64,000 bases of DNA from positions 192,001 to 256,000 of the forward strand of contig JBEKKK010000001.1 of NCBI GenBank assembly GCA_050010755.1, in the 5' to 3' direction. This document shows, in pieces, positions 27,713-37,478 of the stretch. The notes beneath the pieces are model-generated. The model saw nothing but the letters and a program-made list of their open reading frames with translations, ran no database searches and was not told where the DNA came from. How positions within the stretch are numbered: the first letter of the stretch is position 1; each line of letters opens with the position of its first letter. The position numbers and the translations under genes were made by a program. This DNA is from Candidatus Bathyarchaeia archaeon (lineage in GTDB: Archaea > Thermoproteota > Bathyarchaeia > Bathyarchaeales > Bathycorpusculaceae).

Positions 27713-28482
27713 AAATTCTGATGTAAGTCTTCTTCTTTGGATTCGTCTTGTGCTTTTTGGTCAGCCTAGTAACAATGCTTGGTGACAAGTTTGTAAGCTC
27801 GAAATGAACTCTGAACTGCGAAAATCGCGCTGGGAAACGGGTTCGAGCATCAGTTGCTTACTAAACAGTAGCGCAATGTTCCCTAGCGTCTATGCTTGAT
27901 CTCGAGTATAGGGCAAGCGCTTTCTTCGCTGGCGCATACTGTCTGGGGTGACTTGGCGTTGTTGTTTTGGAGCTGCGCGGGCGAATTAAATAATTCGGGG
28001 AAGTGCTGAATGAGGATTCTTGTTGAAACTGAGACGTGAAGCGGCAGAGGGTGTCAACGTGATCTGCTGCATGTTTAGGGCAACCGTCTCCTCTGCTCCT
28101 GAGCGGTGTTCGATGAGTTTGAAGAAGTTTGAGCAGCCGTGAGCGCAACCTGGACAAAGCCATTGTTTCGCGTCTTCACCATCGTTAAACGGAATAATCT
28201 CTTCGGTCTGGACAGGGGCAACCTGTACAGTGTGTTTACATGTCGTTATGAGTGAGTTTCGAGTCTGAACAGAGCCTGCTGGGAGCTTCATTAGCAAAAC
28301 ACAATCTCCTTCCAGCTTAGTTCTGAAAAAAATTTTTTTCTCGGATCAAAATCCCGCGCCCAAACTCAACGCCACCATTCTCAGCATCCAAAGGCGCTCC
28401 CAAATTATCTACTTAGCCGGCGCGTTTGTTCTTTTCCTCTTTGAGGCACAGTGGAATTTAATGATGTATCTTGCAGTCGATG

Positions 28483-29481
28483 CTACGGCATGTATGTCAA
28501 GGCGGCGGCGATAGCTCCGTAAAGGCCGACATCGTCTCCTAGATGTGTGACTTTTATTTTCGGGATTCTGTTTAAAGCGTAGTTTTTCACGTGCTTTCTT
28601 ATAGGATTCAGAATCATTGCAGTGTTCTTCAGCGCTACGGTTCCGCCAACCGTGATGAGCGATGGGTCATATGCGTTTATAATGTTCGCAAAGCCAATGG
28701 CGTTCAAAACCCCAATCTCCTCCACCAGTCTAGTCGAAATGTAGTCGGCCTCTCCCGCGGCAGCGAACAGATCCTTTGCGCTCAACTTTGACAAATCTCC
28801 TGCTACCATTCTGAGAAGCAAACTTTCCCGCATATTTTTCTGGGGCATGTCTTTGAGTCTCATTCTGATGAAATTTGGAATGTTGCTTCCTGAACAGTAC
28901 GCTTCCCAATGGCCGCGTTTTCCGCAGCCGCATTTGAGCCTGCCTTCGTAGTCTATGACGATGTGGCCGACTTCATGGGCGTTGCCGTCCTTTCCCAAAA
29001 GGAGAGTTCCGTTGACAATCGCTCCACAGCCGATGCCCGTGCTAATGGTTACGTAAGCATAATTGTCTAGCCCCTTCGCAGCGCCGAACTTTTTTTCGCC
29101 AAGAGCAGCGCCTGAGGCATCGTTGATCAAGCAGGACGGTATGCCCAATTCCCTCGAGAGGGGCTCCGTGATGGGCACGCAGTCAAAGGGCATGGCGGTC
29201 GGATGCAAGAGGATGCCTTCTTTCTGGATCAAAGGACCGGTTGCAGCCACGCCCACACCGTTTAAAGACTTGATGCCCAAATCATGTTTGCTGCATAGGA
29301 AACGGCTGAGTCTGATCATCTGGTCACTAATTGCCTTTGCACTAGACTTGTCAACCTTTTCACTTGTTTTCGCAATAAAGTGCCCGCTCTTGTCCGAAAC
29401 GGCAACCCTTACCCACGTACCCCCTAGATCTATTCCAATCCAATACTCATCTGCAGCCAATCTTTCCACCCGGGAAAGCAT
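28483..29481 (-). CDS. ROK family sugar kinase (glucokinase-like)
   Basis: GIDLGGT, NDA..AALGE, STGIG, E.GH, CGCG..G.WE. Confidence 0.92.
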   Translation of the reverse strand: MLSRVERLAADEYWIGIDLGGTWVRVAVSDKSGHFIAKTSEKVDKSSAKAISDQMIRLSRFLCSKHDLGIKSLNGVGVAATGPLIQKEGILLHPTAMPFDCVPITEPLSRELGIPSCLINDASGAALGEKKFGAAKGLDNYAYVTISTGIGCGAIVNGTLLLGKDGNAHEVGHIVIDYEGRLKCGCGKRGHWEAYCSGSNIPNFIRMRLKDMPQKNMRESLLLRMVAGDLSKLSAKDLFAAAGEADYISTRLVEEIGVLNAIGFANIINAYDPSLITVGGTVALKNTAMILNPIRKHVKNYALNRIPKIKVTHLGDDVGLYGAIAAALTYMP

Positions 29482-29644
29482 AAGATGTCGTGAAACAATC
29501 TCATGCACAGTTCTTATTATTTGCGTATGCCGCGCACGTTGGTTCTGATATACGCGTATGTCTAGTAATAAGTCATAAATCGTAATATAGGTTAAATCTT
29601 TTAAGGATGAAAGGTAATACAAGAAAAGAATGGGATGATGCAGA

Positions 29645-29977
29645 ATGAAAGATGGAGAAGAGAAGAAGGCAATCAACATTCTAACGGACTCGAGGCTTTC
29701 GGCGATAAAGGCTATGCTTGAAAAGGACCATGCTATAGATTGCATTCTTTTGTTGAACATGAGCCGCGGAAAATGGAAAGATGCCAAAGACTTTATGCGC
29801 GAGCACCATCTGACGCTCAGCGACGGCACTTTTAGGGCTAGAATGATAGAAATCGAACAGTTGGGGCTGGCAAAGAGCGAGCGAATAGACCCACTCAAAA
29901 AGCTCTACAAGATAACACCACAGGGCAAGAAAACTGCGGAATTACTCATAGACCTGTTTGACAAACTGGAAGAATAA
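29645..29977 (+). CDS. Winged-helix DNA-binding protein
   Basis: C-terminal Y.IT..GK wing; divergent from ROK kinase. Confidence 0.7.
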   Translation: MKDGEEKKAINILTDSRLSAIKAMLEKDHAIDCILLLNMSRGKWKDAKDFMREHHLTLSDGTFRARMIEIEQLGLAKSERIDPLKKLYKITPQGKKTAELLIDLFDKLEE

Positions 29978-30176
29978 ACAAGAAAAAAACACAAACAGCA
30001 CAACTGTACAACACTTTCTTCTTCGACGTCCGCCACATGCTGCATTGGGGCTGTTTTATTGGAGTATGCGTATTTTTGTCATACAAATCGGAAATCTGAT
30101 GTAGTGAGTCGTAAGATTTAAAAGCTAAGCCTCCTCCTACATATTCAATAACTCCACAAGGAGGGATAAAAAGAAA

Positions 30177-30608
30177 ATGAAAATAAGGCGAAGTAGAAAA
30201 GCCCTAAGCCCCGTAATAGCCTCAATCATACTCATCGCAGTAACAGTCGCAGTCAGCATAGCCGTAGCCGCATGGATGGGAGCACTAACATTCAGCTTCA
30301 TGGCAACAGAACAAGGACAAGTAACAAACCTGCAATTCAACCCTGTCGCTAACACTATCCTAGTTACGTTCAACAATACTGGAACCTCTGCCATAACGCT
30401 CAGTTCGCTGTGGGTAAATAACGTACAAATTGGAGCTGGAGTTGGGACCGTAGCCCCCGCGCTAGGATCTGTCGCAGCCAATACAGGAACTCAGCTAACA
30501 GTCACGATGCCTGCCGCAACGCCAGTTACTTCAGGCTACTCATACACAGTCATGCTAGAAAGCGCAAAGGGCAACAAATTCAGCAGCACCGGCTCAGCTC
30601 CAAGCTAA
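30177..30608 (+). CDS. Archaeal type IV pilin (class III signal peptide)
   Basis: RKA/LSPVIASIILIAVTVAV PibD-type cleavage site and hydrophobic helix. Confidence 0.9.
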   Translation: MKIRRSRKALSPVIASIILIAVTVAVSIAVAAWMGALTFSFMATEQGQVTNLQFNPVANTILVTFNNTGTSAITLSSLWVNNVQIGAGVGTVAPALGSVAANTGTQLTVTMPAATPVTSGYSYTVMLESAKGNKFSSTGSAPS

Positions 30609-30689
30609 TCTCCACTACTTGTGGAGGTTAGGGGCGGGGTGAAGAATCCAATAGTTTCCCATATTGTTTCCTGTTTGGAGGTGCAATGA

Positions 30690-31115
30690 ATGGTTGTTGA
30701 AATAAAAGAGTACAGTTCAGCAGAAGATATAGCCGAAACATTGGACAAGGAGATAACCGAAACAAAAAGTACGTTAGGCGAGTACCTGCGTCGTTTAGAC
30801 GACATCAGAGCCTTAGCGGAGAAGTCCAAGAAGATTCATGAAGTAGTCATGAAACTCGCCGGCAAAAAAGCGTCCTCTGAAAGTCTCGGAGAGATATCGG
30901 TTGGCAGCTTGAACATCGTGCTAGACGCAAATCCGTTCCATGAGTTGACCGCAATCGAAGAGGTTGTGCGAAGCCATCAGGAAAGACTCCTGGTTTTGCA
31001 GAAGGCTCGCGATGCGTTGAAGTGGCTAGACCAGCTCGGCGACACTGAAGGCCTCAAGTACTTAGTCATAGAGAGCGACGGCGTTCCTGAGCGAATACTC
31101 TTCAGAATAACTTAG
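30690..31115 (+). CDS. Coiled-coil hypothetical protein
   Basis: GGAGGTG SD; 141 aa. Confidence 0.75.
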   Translation: MVVEIKEYSSAEDIAETLDKEITETKSTLGEYLRRLDDIRALAEKSKKIHEVVMKLAGKKASSESLGEISVGSLNIVLDANPFHELTAIEEVVRSHQERLLVLQKARDALKWLDQLGDTEGLKYLVIESDGVPERILFRIT

Positions 31116-31126
31116 CCTCATGAGAA

Positions 31127-31948
31127 GTGACAATCATGGAAAACGACGTTTACTCCCTTGTCCTAAAGAACACGCTGACCGAGATCACTAACGCGTGCCC
31201 AGACATCCAGAACATCTTCTTGTTCAAGGAAGACGGCAGCATCATAAGCAGAGAAGAAAGAACCCAGGAAGACGCCGCTGTGCATGCCGTTGACGCTCTT
31301 GACGAAGTGCTTGAAAGGGCCAAAGTGTTAGGCGGCACACAAAGCATAAGCCTCGAGGGCGCCAAGGCCACAATCAATGTCTCGCGGGTGAACGACTTTT
31401 ACCTAGTGACAGTAGTGCCGGAAAAAGCGGACCTGAAATACGTAAACATCTTCACAAATGTTCTTATTCCTACAGTGTTGAATCTCCTCGACAAAATCGC
31501 GCCCGCCCTCAACCAGAACAGCCTGTCTGAAACTACAAGCGAAGAGCCCATGAACAAACTGGCCATGAAGCCCAATGAAGACCCTGCCGAAGAGACTGCG
31601 GAAAATAATGAAAATCATGAGGCAGCTGAAGCTAGCACAGAGAAAATTCTTCCAGAGCCTCAAGTGAACCAGTTCATCGTTGAAAACGTCGGAGGATTAT
31701 TCGCATCAGCAGATACGGTGCGCATCGACTGCGACACGCTTTCACAATGGACAGAGCTTTATGAGGACAAAAAGATCGAGGAAGCCATGGTCGAGACGTT
31801 CGGAGGAAAATCGGTCCGGTGCAAACTCAAGCCACTGAAAAACGCAAAACTCGAAGGTAAGGGAATAATACAGATTCCAGAGAAAATCCAGCAGATGTTG
31901 GATGTTGGAAAAGGCGAACTCGTCAGAGTAAAACCAGTAATCGAATGA
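31127..31948 (+). CDS. Roadblock/LC7-domain protein with C-terminal beta-barrel
   Basis: N-terminal roadblock-like pattern (FLF..DG.II ... LEG); acidic linker; AbrB/CDC48N-like C-terminus. Confidence 0.6.
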   Translation: MTIMENDVYSLVLKNTLTEITNACPDIQNIFLFKEDGSIISREERTQEDAAVHAVDALDEVLERAKVLGGTQSISLEGAKATINVSRVNDFYLVTVVPEKADLKYVNIFTNVLIPTVLNLLDKIAPALNQNSLSETTSEEPMNKLAMKPNEDPAEETAENNENHEAAEASTEKILPEPQVNQFIVENVGGLFASADTVRIDCDTLSQWTELYEDKKIEEAMVETFGGKSVRCKLKPLKNAKLEGKGIIQIPEKIQQMLDVGKGELVRVKPVIE

Positions 31949-32358
31949 CTGAGGCTTCAATTATGGTTAAACAAAAGAAAAACTCTGAAGAAACTGTCAG
32001 CGAACTCGAACCGATAGCTGTCGAGAAAGCAACATGCGAAGACAACCTACGACCTGTGCTAGAAGAAATCATGAAGACCGATGGCGTCATAGGCTACATC
32101 CTCAGAAACACTACGTCAGCAACAATAGATCTCAACGATCCAACTAAACTAATAGACTACGCAACTCTATCCTCTTCAACCTTTGAGGCAAGTGAACAGC
32201 TCTCAGAGCTGTTCGAACTGGGCAAAATCAGGCACATAAAAATCGAAGGAAAGGACATGACCACGCTCCACGTGAGCATCGACGAAAACGACGTGAGCAT
32301 CTTCATGGAAAAAAGCGTAGACGCAAAGAACATTCTGGAAAGAATGCATTCACAGTAG
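31945..32358 (+). CDS. Roadblock/LC7-domain protein
   Basis: L.EI....GVIGYIL ... LS..FELG.I..I.IEG pattern. Confidence 0.7.
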   Translation: MTEASIMVKQKKNSEETVSELEPIAVEKATCEDNLRPVLEEIMKTDGVIGYILRNTTSATIDLNDPTKLIDYATLSSSTFEASEQLSELFELGKIRHIKIEGKDMTTLHVSIDENDVSIFMEKSVDAKNILERMHSQ

Positions 32359-32713
32359 GGAACGAAGGCAAATAAGCTGTCATATCTCTGGGTGTTCAAC
32401 AATTCTTTCCCGAGACAAACCGATCTATAACTGCAAAACGAAGCATCCTCTTTTTCTTCCTTCAAAATTGAAGCTTCCAGTTTGCATGACGTTCACAATG
32501 TGAAGTAACTCTTATGCCGTGATTTGAGATCTAGTTTTTATTGGGCAAATGAGAAAATCACTCACAATTCGCCTTTACACATGGGTCAACTTGGGATCAT
32601 AAGATTTCAGCATTCTTGTTCCATAGTTCTTTTAGGGAATATTGCGGTCAGAGAAATAAAGTATTATCTATTAAGATACGACTTATTCAATGTTGACATC
32701 AAGGTGAAGGATC

Positions 32714-33007
32714 ATGCTGAAAAAAACGGAATTCTTTGAAGAAAACAACTCGAATCAACAGGCTGACGCTAAAAAAACGATGGAAGCTACCTTGCAAAAG
32801 CTGCAAGCTTTGAAAAGCAGAATATCAGAATTGAGAGCCCATTTGGAAGAACTCCAGCTCCAAACGCACATTGAAGACCAAAGCAGCTTGCGTTGCGATG
32901 AATGCGGTCGTGCCATAGAGCCCGGAGAGGAAGTCGAAGCTAAGAACTTCGGTGAAAACGTGCTTCATTACCATAAGGAGTGTTTTCAAAAACTCTGGCT
33001 ACAATGA
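32714..33007 (+). CDS. Coiled-coil plus zinc-finger (LIM-like) protein
   Basis: CDECG...YH.ECF. Confidence 0.65.
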   Translation: MLKKTEFFEENNSNQQADAKKTMEATLQKLQALKSRISELRAHLEELQLQTHIEDQSSLRCDECGRAIEPGEEVEAKNFGENVLHYHKECFQKLWLQ

Positions 33008-33300
33008 TTCTTGCGCATGCACTGCTGACCGTTGGACACGTGCCCTTTTCTTCGACAAAGCTTAAGCGTCTCCTGAAGAGTCTTCTCAGCAGTTGCGACT
33101 GAGGAGAGCAGGTCGTCTATAGTGGCCACAAACGTTGGAAAACTTTCATTACACTCTATTTTGGTAATGACTTTTGTCTTTTCAGCTCTTGTCTCTGCTG
33201 ACAGGCCTGTCGGCGTTCTATAGTTGTCTGGGTACACGGCATCAGCTATGGCTTTAGCCATGTTTGCATCCTCATACTCTATCGTTATTTCAGCTTTCAC
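32986..33300 (-). CDS. pcc1: KEOPS subunit Pcc1
   Basis: A..I..AV.PDN motif; position after rps15-DHH genes. Confidence 0.8.
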   Translation of the reverse strand: MKAEITIEYEDANMAKAIADAVYPDNYRTPTGLSAETRAEKTKVITKIECNESFPTFVATIDDLLSSVATAEKTLQETLKLCRRKGHVSNGQQCMRKNHCSQSF

Positions 33301-34747
33301 TTTTCTCGCCTTTCAGCTGCTTCCCAACTAGTTCATCAACGACTTTTATGAAGTTGTTTATGTCTTCTATGGGTACTTGTGCACCGGCGGCAACGTTGTG
33401 TCCCCCGCCTTTTCCTTGGAATTTTTCTGCTGCGGCCTGCATGATCTCTCCCAGGTTGAGGCCTCTGCTCGTGACTGTGTCCGATGCTCTTGCGCTGATT
33501 TTCGCGATGTCTTCTCCTTCGACGTTTGAGTATGCGATTAAAGGTTTCTCCGGGTTTGGGAGGCTTCCTGAGAGTATTGATGAGATTGCGCCGATTATCT
33601 TGTCGTCGATGAAGTCTTCGCCAGAGACAACGTAGATGTTTTCAAACTCTTTTACGCGTTCGGGCTTCTCCATTATCCATCCTAGATACTTGTTTATCGT
33701 TGCTCTGTAATCGTCTAGAACCTTGTTTGCTCCTTCAAGCCCTTGTCCTCGGTCGCCCATGCACACTGCTATTCCTAAACCTGACTTGTCCATTCTCCCA
33801 GTGGCATTCAACAGAACAGCAAATTCCCTAGCATCTCTGAGTGGAGTCCAAGGTTCTTCTTGGTTCAGAATGTAAACGTGTCCTATGAGGTTTGAGGCTT
33901 CGTATCGCAGACCCTTCGAGAGCAGGTGATCTGCTAAAGCCGAACAGAGTCGCTTCTTCTCTTCCTCGGAAAGGTCTCTGAGAGCCCGCCACTTGTCACC
34001 TTCCCTTGCTTTGATGTCCAGACTTGCCAGAAAAGCCAGGCTCCTATCTTCTTCTCCGCTGATGCCAGGAATGAATGGGCTGGTGGCTGAAGACAGAGTC
34101 TTGTGGATGGGACGGGTTTCTCTGCCGAAGAATATCAAGTCTTTCTTCACAGTAAGAAGGCCAGAATTTGTCGCATCCTCAAGTATTCTCATGTTGAGCC
34201 CTCCGAACATTCGCTGATCATACTTATCCTGCATGTCTCCTAATGCCCCGACAATGGCGATTGGAGCCAGATCAACGTTGACCTTGTCAACTGCTTTAGC
34301 GACGAAATATGCCACGCCTGATCCGCTAACGTCCTTTGCGCCGTCGATTCCGTACAGATGCGGATTGACGTGGACAAAGTTGACCGATTCCTTGCCGATT
34401 ATCTGATGGTGATCCAGAATGGCGATTTTGAAATCAGCGAGTTTCTGACTTAACAAGTCCACGTATCCGCTTCCCAAATCGGTGAAAATCACCAGCTGCG
34501 GCTTGTCTGAGAGAATCTCGCCCACGATCTTCTGTTCAACCCATTGCGTTATGCGAATCCTGAACCTCGCGTCAAGCCTGAACAATGCCTTTCCGATAAT
34601 CCCCGCCGCTGCCACTCCGTCAGCGTCCAAGTGCGAAAAAACATGGATAAACCCGTCTTCCTTAACTGTCTCTAAAATCGTTTTGGCTGCCTCCTGAGCC
34701 GAATTCAGAAAACATGTAACCTGATTCTCGTTTGAGACGGAAGCCAT
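33290..34747 (-). CDS. DHH-family RecJ-like phosphoesterase
   Basis: HLDADG, D.G, DHH, GGGH..AAG. Confidence 0.92.
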   Translation of the reverse strand: MASVSNENQVTCFLNSAQEAAKTILETVKEDGFIHVFSHLDADGVAAAGIIGKALFRLDARFRIRITQWVEQKIVGEILSDKPQLVIFTDLGSGYVDLLSQKLADFKIAILDHHQIIGKESVNFVHVNPHLYGIDGAKDVSGSGVAYFVAKAVDKVNVDLAPIAIVGALGDMQDKYDQRMFGGLNMRILEDATNSGLLTVKKDLIFFGRETRPIHKTLSSATSPFIPGISGEEDRSLAFLASLDIKAREGDKWRALRDLSEEEKKRLCSALADHLLSKGLRYEASNLIGHVYILNQEEPWTPLRDAREFAVLLNATGRMDKSGLGIAVCMGDRGQGLEGANKVLDDYRATINKYLGWIMEKPERVKEFENIYVVSGEDFIDDKIIGAISSILSGSLPNPEKPLIAYSNVEGEDIAKISARASDTVTSRGLNLGEIMQAAAEKFQGKGGGHNVAAGAQVPIEDINNFIKVVDELVGKQLKGEKSES

Positions 34748-34843
34748 GGGCTATCACTTTAGGCTAGAGAATCAACTTATTTAAGGATTTAAGACTAGCA
34801 ACGAGCATTGTTCTGTACTCGGGCAAAAAACTAGCCGAGGGTT

Positions 34844-35284
34844 CTAGGTTATTGACGCTATTTTTGCTTCGTACTTCCAGTTTTGAGGCAGGATGCCCTT
34901 GAGCTTGTAGTATCTGGAGATTTTGTGTATCTTCGCCTCAATCAATTGAAGAGATCTTTTGTTATACTGGTCAGTCCTGTTCTTTTCAAGATGAAGTGAT
35001 AGGCTTTCAGCTTTTCGGAGCAGACTCGCCAAGTCTTCAGGCAGCGACGGAGCGAGGTCATTCTCTTTAAGCACCTTCATCACCCTTTTTCCGATTATCG
35101 GCTTTGCCAAAGGAATTGCATGTTGATCCCTGAGGATGGTCCCAATGCGGCTGGGAGAGTTGCCCTCTTTTCCCAATTTCACGATTAAGGCCTCCACTTC
35201 TTCTGGCTGATACTTGCACCAACTCGGAGGGCGTTTGCTGACTGGCCTGATTTGATGAGATTTTCCCTTTTCTTGTTTAGGCAT
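34844..35284 (-). CDS. rps15: 30S ribosomal protein S15P/S13e
   Basis: SRIG.ILRDQH.IP, LPEDL..L, LIEAKIH...YYK. Confidence 0.95.
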   Translation of the reverse strand: MPKQEKGKSHQIRPVSKRPPSWCKYQPEEVEALIVKLGKEGNSPSRIGTILRDQHAIPLAKPIIGKRVMKVLKENDLAPSLPEDLASLLRKAESLSLHLEKNRTDQYNKRSLQLIEAKIHKISRYYKLKGILPQNWKYEAKIASIT

Positions 35285-35463
35285 CAACCATCCCTTAAAC
35301 TCTATCAGCGAAGATACGCGCATATTTAAGAATACCTGTCACTCTCGGGTACGTAGGCTTTTCATCACCGTTCTCTGAGAATTGAATACATTTCAAAATC
35401 AGAGATTATCGGAGTTTCGTGAGTTTAATAATCTCTTACATCTTTAATCGTAACTGTGATTGT

Positions 35464-35574
35464 GTGAGAATTAAGTTAACTAGCGTGTTCGCTAATGATC
35501 ACGACAAAGCACTTAAGTTTTACACTGAGACCCTTGGTTTTGTAAAAAAGGCAGATATAAGAGCCGGGAAATAG
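35464..35574 (+). pseudogene. Truncated VOC/glyoxalase gene fragment
   Basis: MRIKLTSVFANDHDKALKFYTETLGF... stops after 36 aa. Confidence 0.7.
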
Positions 35575-35585
35575 AAGTTATTTCG

Positions 35586-35996
35586 ATGAACCCATCAAAA
35601 CAAATTGACAAACAGATCGCAGAACTGGCAGATTGGCGTGGCGATGTGCTTGCCAAACTTCGTAAAATCATCCATGACACTGATCCAGAAGTGATCGAGG
35701 AATGGAAATGGATGGGAACCCCAACCTGGTCGCATGATGGGATGTTCGTGTTGGTAAATGCGCACAAAGACCACGTGAAGATGACTTTTTCTCACGGCGC
35801 AAGTCTTCCAGATCCCGAGAAGGTCTTCAACGCTATGCTAGAAGGCAACAAATGGCGCGCGATCGATTTTTATGAGGGCGACAAGATCAATGAACGCGCT
35901 TTGAAAAATCTCATCCGCTCGGCTATCGCGTTCAATACTGCTGCCTTGAAAAAGAAAACTTCCAAGACCCGCCCTAGAGCACATAAAAAAACGTAA
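35586..35996 (+). CDS. DUF1801 (YdhG-like) protein
   Basis: DWRG..L..LR..I......EEWKWMGTP.W; F.HGA.L.DP. Confidence 0.88.
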   Translation: MNPSKQIDKQIAELADWRGDVLAKLRKIIHDTDPEVIEEWKWMGTPTWSHDGMFVLVNAHKDHVKMTFSHGASLPDPEKVFNAMLEGNKWRAIDFYEGDKINERALKNLIRSAIAFNTAALKKKTSKTRPRAHKKT

Positions 35997-36045
35997 CCAA
36001 GGCAGTTAAGCAAAAAACGAGCGATTTTTTTTACGAGTCTTAAGG

Positions 36046-36135
36046 GCATCGGTTGGCCTCAAAGGGAATTTGTGCTCTTGGAAAAGAGGGGCGAGATCAA
36101 AGGTTCGATTCTAGATATCGGTTGCGGAACTCCTC
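36046..36135 (+). pseudogene. Class I SAM-methyltransferase remnant
   Basis: IGWPQREFVLL..RG.I.GSILDIGCGT without start or downstream domain. Confidence 0.6.
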
Positions 36136-36219
36136 CATCCAATTCTCTGAGCCCCTTAGACTTGCTTCTGGCAGTTTGCTGACCTTCTAAGCAGCTTCTC
36201 CGGTTCGATGCCCCTGGAT

Positions 36220-37107
36220 TTATATTGAAAAAGTGTGTCTTCGATATTTCCAAGCGTCTGGATATGAATAAGGAATTGCCCACATGAAGGCGTAAAGGAA
36301 GGATTTTAGCAGATCAAATCCTGGACTAACTCTGTTGATAGTCCTTGTGAATACGCCTGCGTGTTTTTCGTAGGATACTCTTCCATACTCGCCCAGAATT
36401 CTTGAGAACTTGTGATCTTCTGCGACGGCTAGTTCTGGATCGTACAGATGTCCACAATCTGCGCGGATTCTGAGAGCCACTTCGCGGAGAACTGCAATGC
36501 TGAAGCCTGGCACACTGGGGCCTGAGATGGGGGTGCCCCGGATTTTCATTGTAGGCATCTTTGTTGAAAACCAGACTGTGTAGTTTTCGCCCATTGTTCC
36601 GAATCTTCGACTGATTTTCAGCGTGTCACTTGCCCTGGCAGAAGGGGCTGCTCCGACGATTTTCTTGCTTCTCAGCGCTTTATACATTACGTCAAAGTAG
36701 TTTTCATACTTGTCAAGCTTCGAGTTTACGTATTTGAGATCCAATTCCGTGCCGCTGGAAAATTGGGTATCTATGTCCTGAAAGACCACGATAGCTCCTC
36801 TTGCATAGGAAAAACCAAGGTTTCTGCCTATCGTGGGAGAATCCCATAATCCGTACTTGATTATTCCAGACTCGCAGAGGCCATGTCTGTATTTCTCGTA
36901 GGTTTCGCAATCTACCAGTTTGGAATCACTTAATTCGGGAAAACCCGCATTTTCTCCGGCATCAACAATTATGAATTCTATTTTCTTGCCAGTCTTCTTC
37001 TCGAAGAGCTGCTTGACGCTTTCCCAGTTTTCAAAAGTCTCTTTCAATAGCTTCTTGTCCTTCTCATTCTTTGCGGTGGTTACGACAGAGAAAGTTGGTT
37101 GTACCAT
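36220..37107 (-). CDS. Glycosyltransferase family 2
   Basis: SVV....NE, IIVD, RN.G...ARG....F.D.D, ED. Confidence 0.85.
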   Translation of the reverse strand: MVQPTFSVVTTAKNEKDKKLLKETFENWESVKQLFEKKTGKKIEFIIVDAGENAGFPELSDSKLVDCETYEKYRHGLCESGIIKYGLWDSPTIGRNLGFSYARGAIVVFQDIDTQFSSGTELDLKYVNSKLDKYENYFDVMYKALRSKKIVGAAPSARASDTLKISRRFGTMGENYTVWFSTKMPTMKIRGTPISGPSVPGFSIAVLREVALRIRADCGHLYDPELAVAEDHKFSRILGEYGRVSYEKHAGVFTRTINRVSPGFDLLKSFLYAFMWAIPYSYPDAWKYRRHTFSI

Positions 37108-37274
37108 GCTAGGAAGAGAATGCACATGATTCTTAAACTTTTCACAGCCGCTCCGACCTCTTAACGCTGCACGCTCGTTCTCAGGCAGACCTGATAGGAA
37201 AAAAGATGAGGATGACAAGATCACTTCAAATGCACGAACTTTTAAGCGCGCTGATGCAGGAATCGTTGCGAACG

Positions 37275-37347
37275 CCCTCCCCTCCCCTTTTTTTCTTTAC
37301 GTCAGACGTAATGTTACAGCGTAATGTGTAAGCGTAAATTTGCATGT
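37275..37347 (-). repeat. Reverse-strand copy of the dispersed repeat
   Basis: Reverse complement acatgcaaatttacgcttacacattacgctgtaacattacgtctgacgtaaagaaaaaaaggggaggggaggg; perfect core TTACGTC-T-GACGTAA. Confidence 0.95.
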
Positions 37348-37478
37348 ATCGTGCAGTGTTCCGGAAGCGACTTTGAGCACTTCGGTTGTGTGTTGCTTTG
37401 GCGGGTTGGTGCTTTCTTGACAAATCTGGTAACAAGTTATGTGTCTTCGTTTGGTTCGATGCGAAGTTTCAAGTTGTG

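Noticed and set aside
27986-28297. 103-aa minus-strand ORF with Cys/His residues
   Set aside because: No recognisable family and a weak start context; possibly a decayed gene, so not called.
29482-29898. N-terminal extension of the ROK kinase ORF
   Set aside because: It overlaps the divergent wHTH gene on the opposite strand; the ROK domain begins near 29481.
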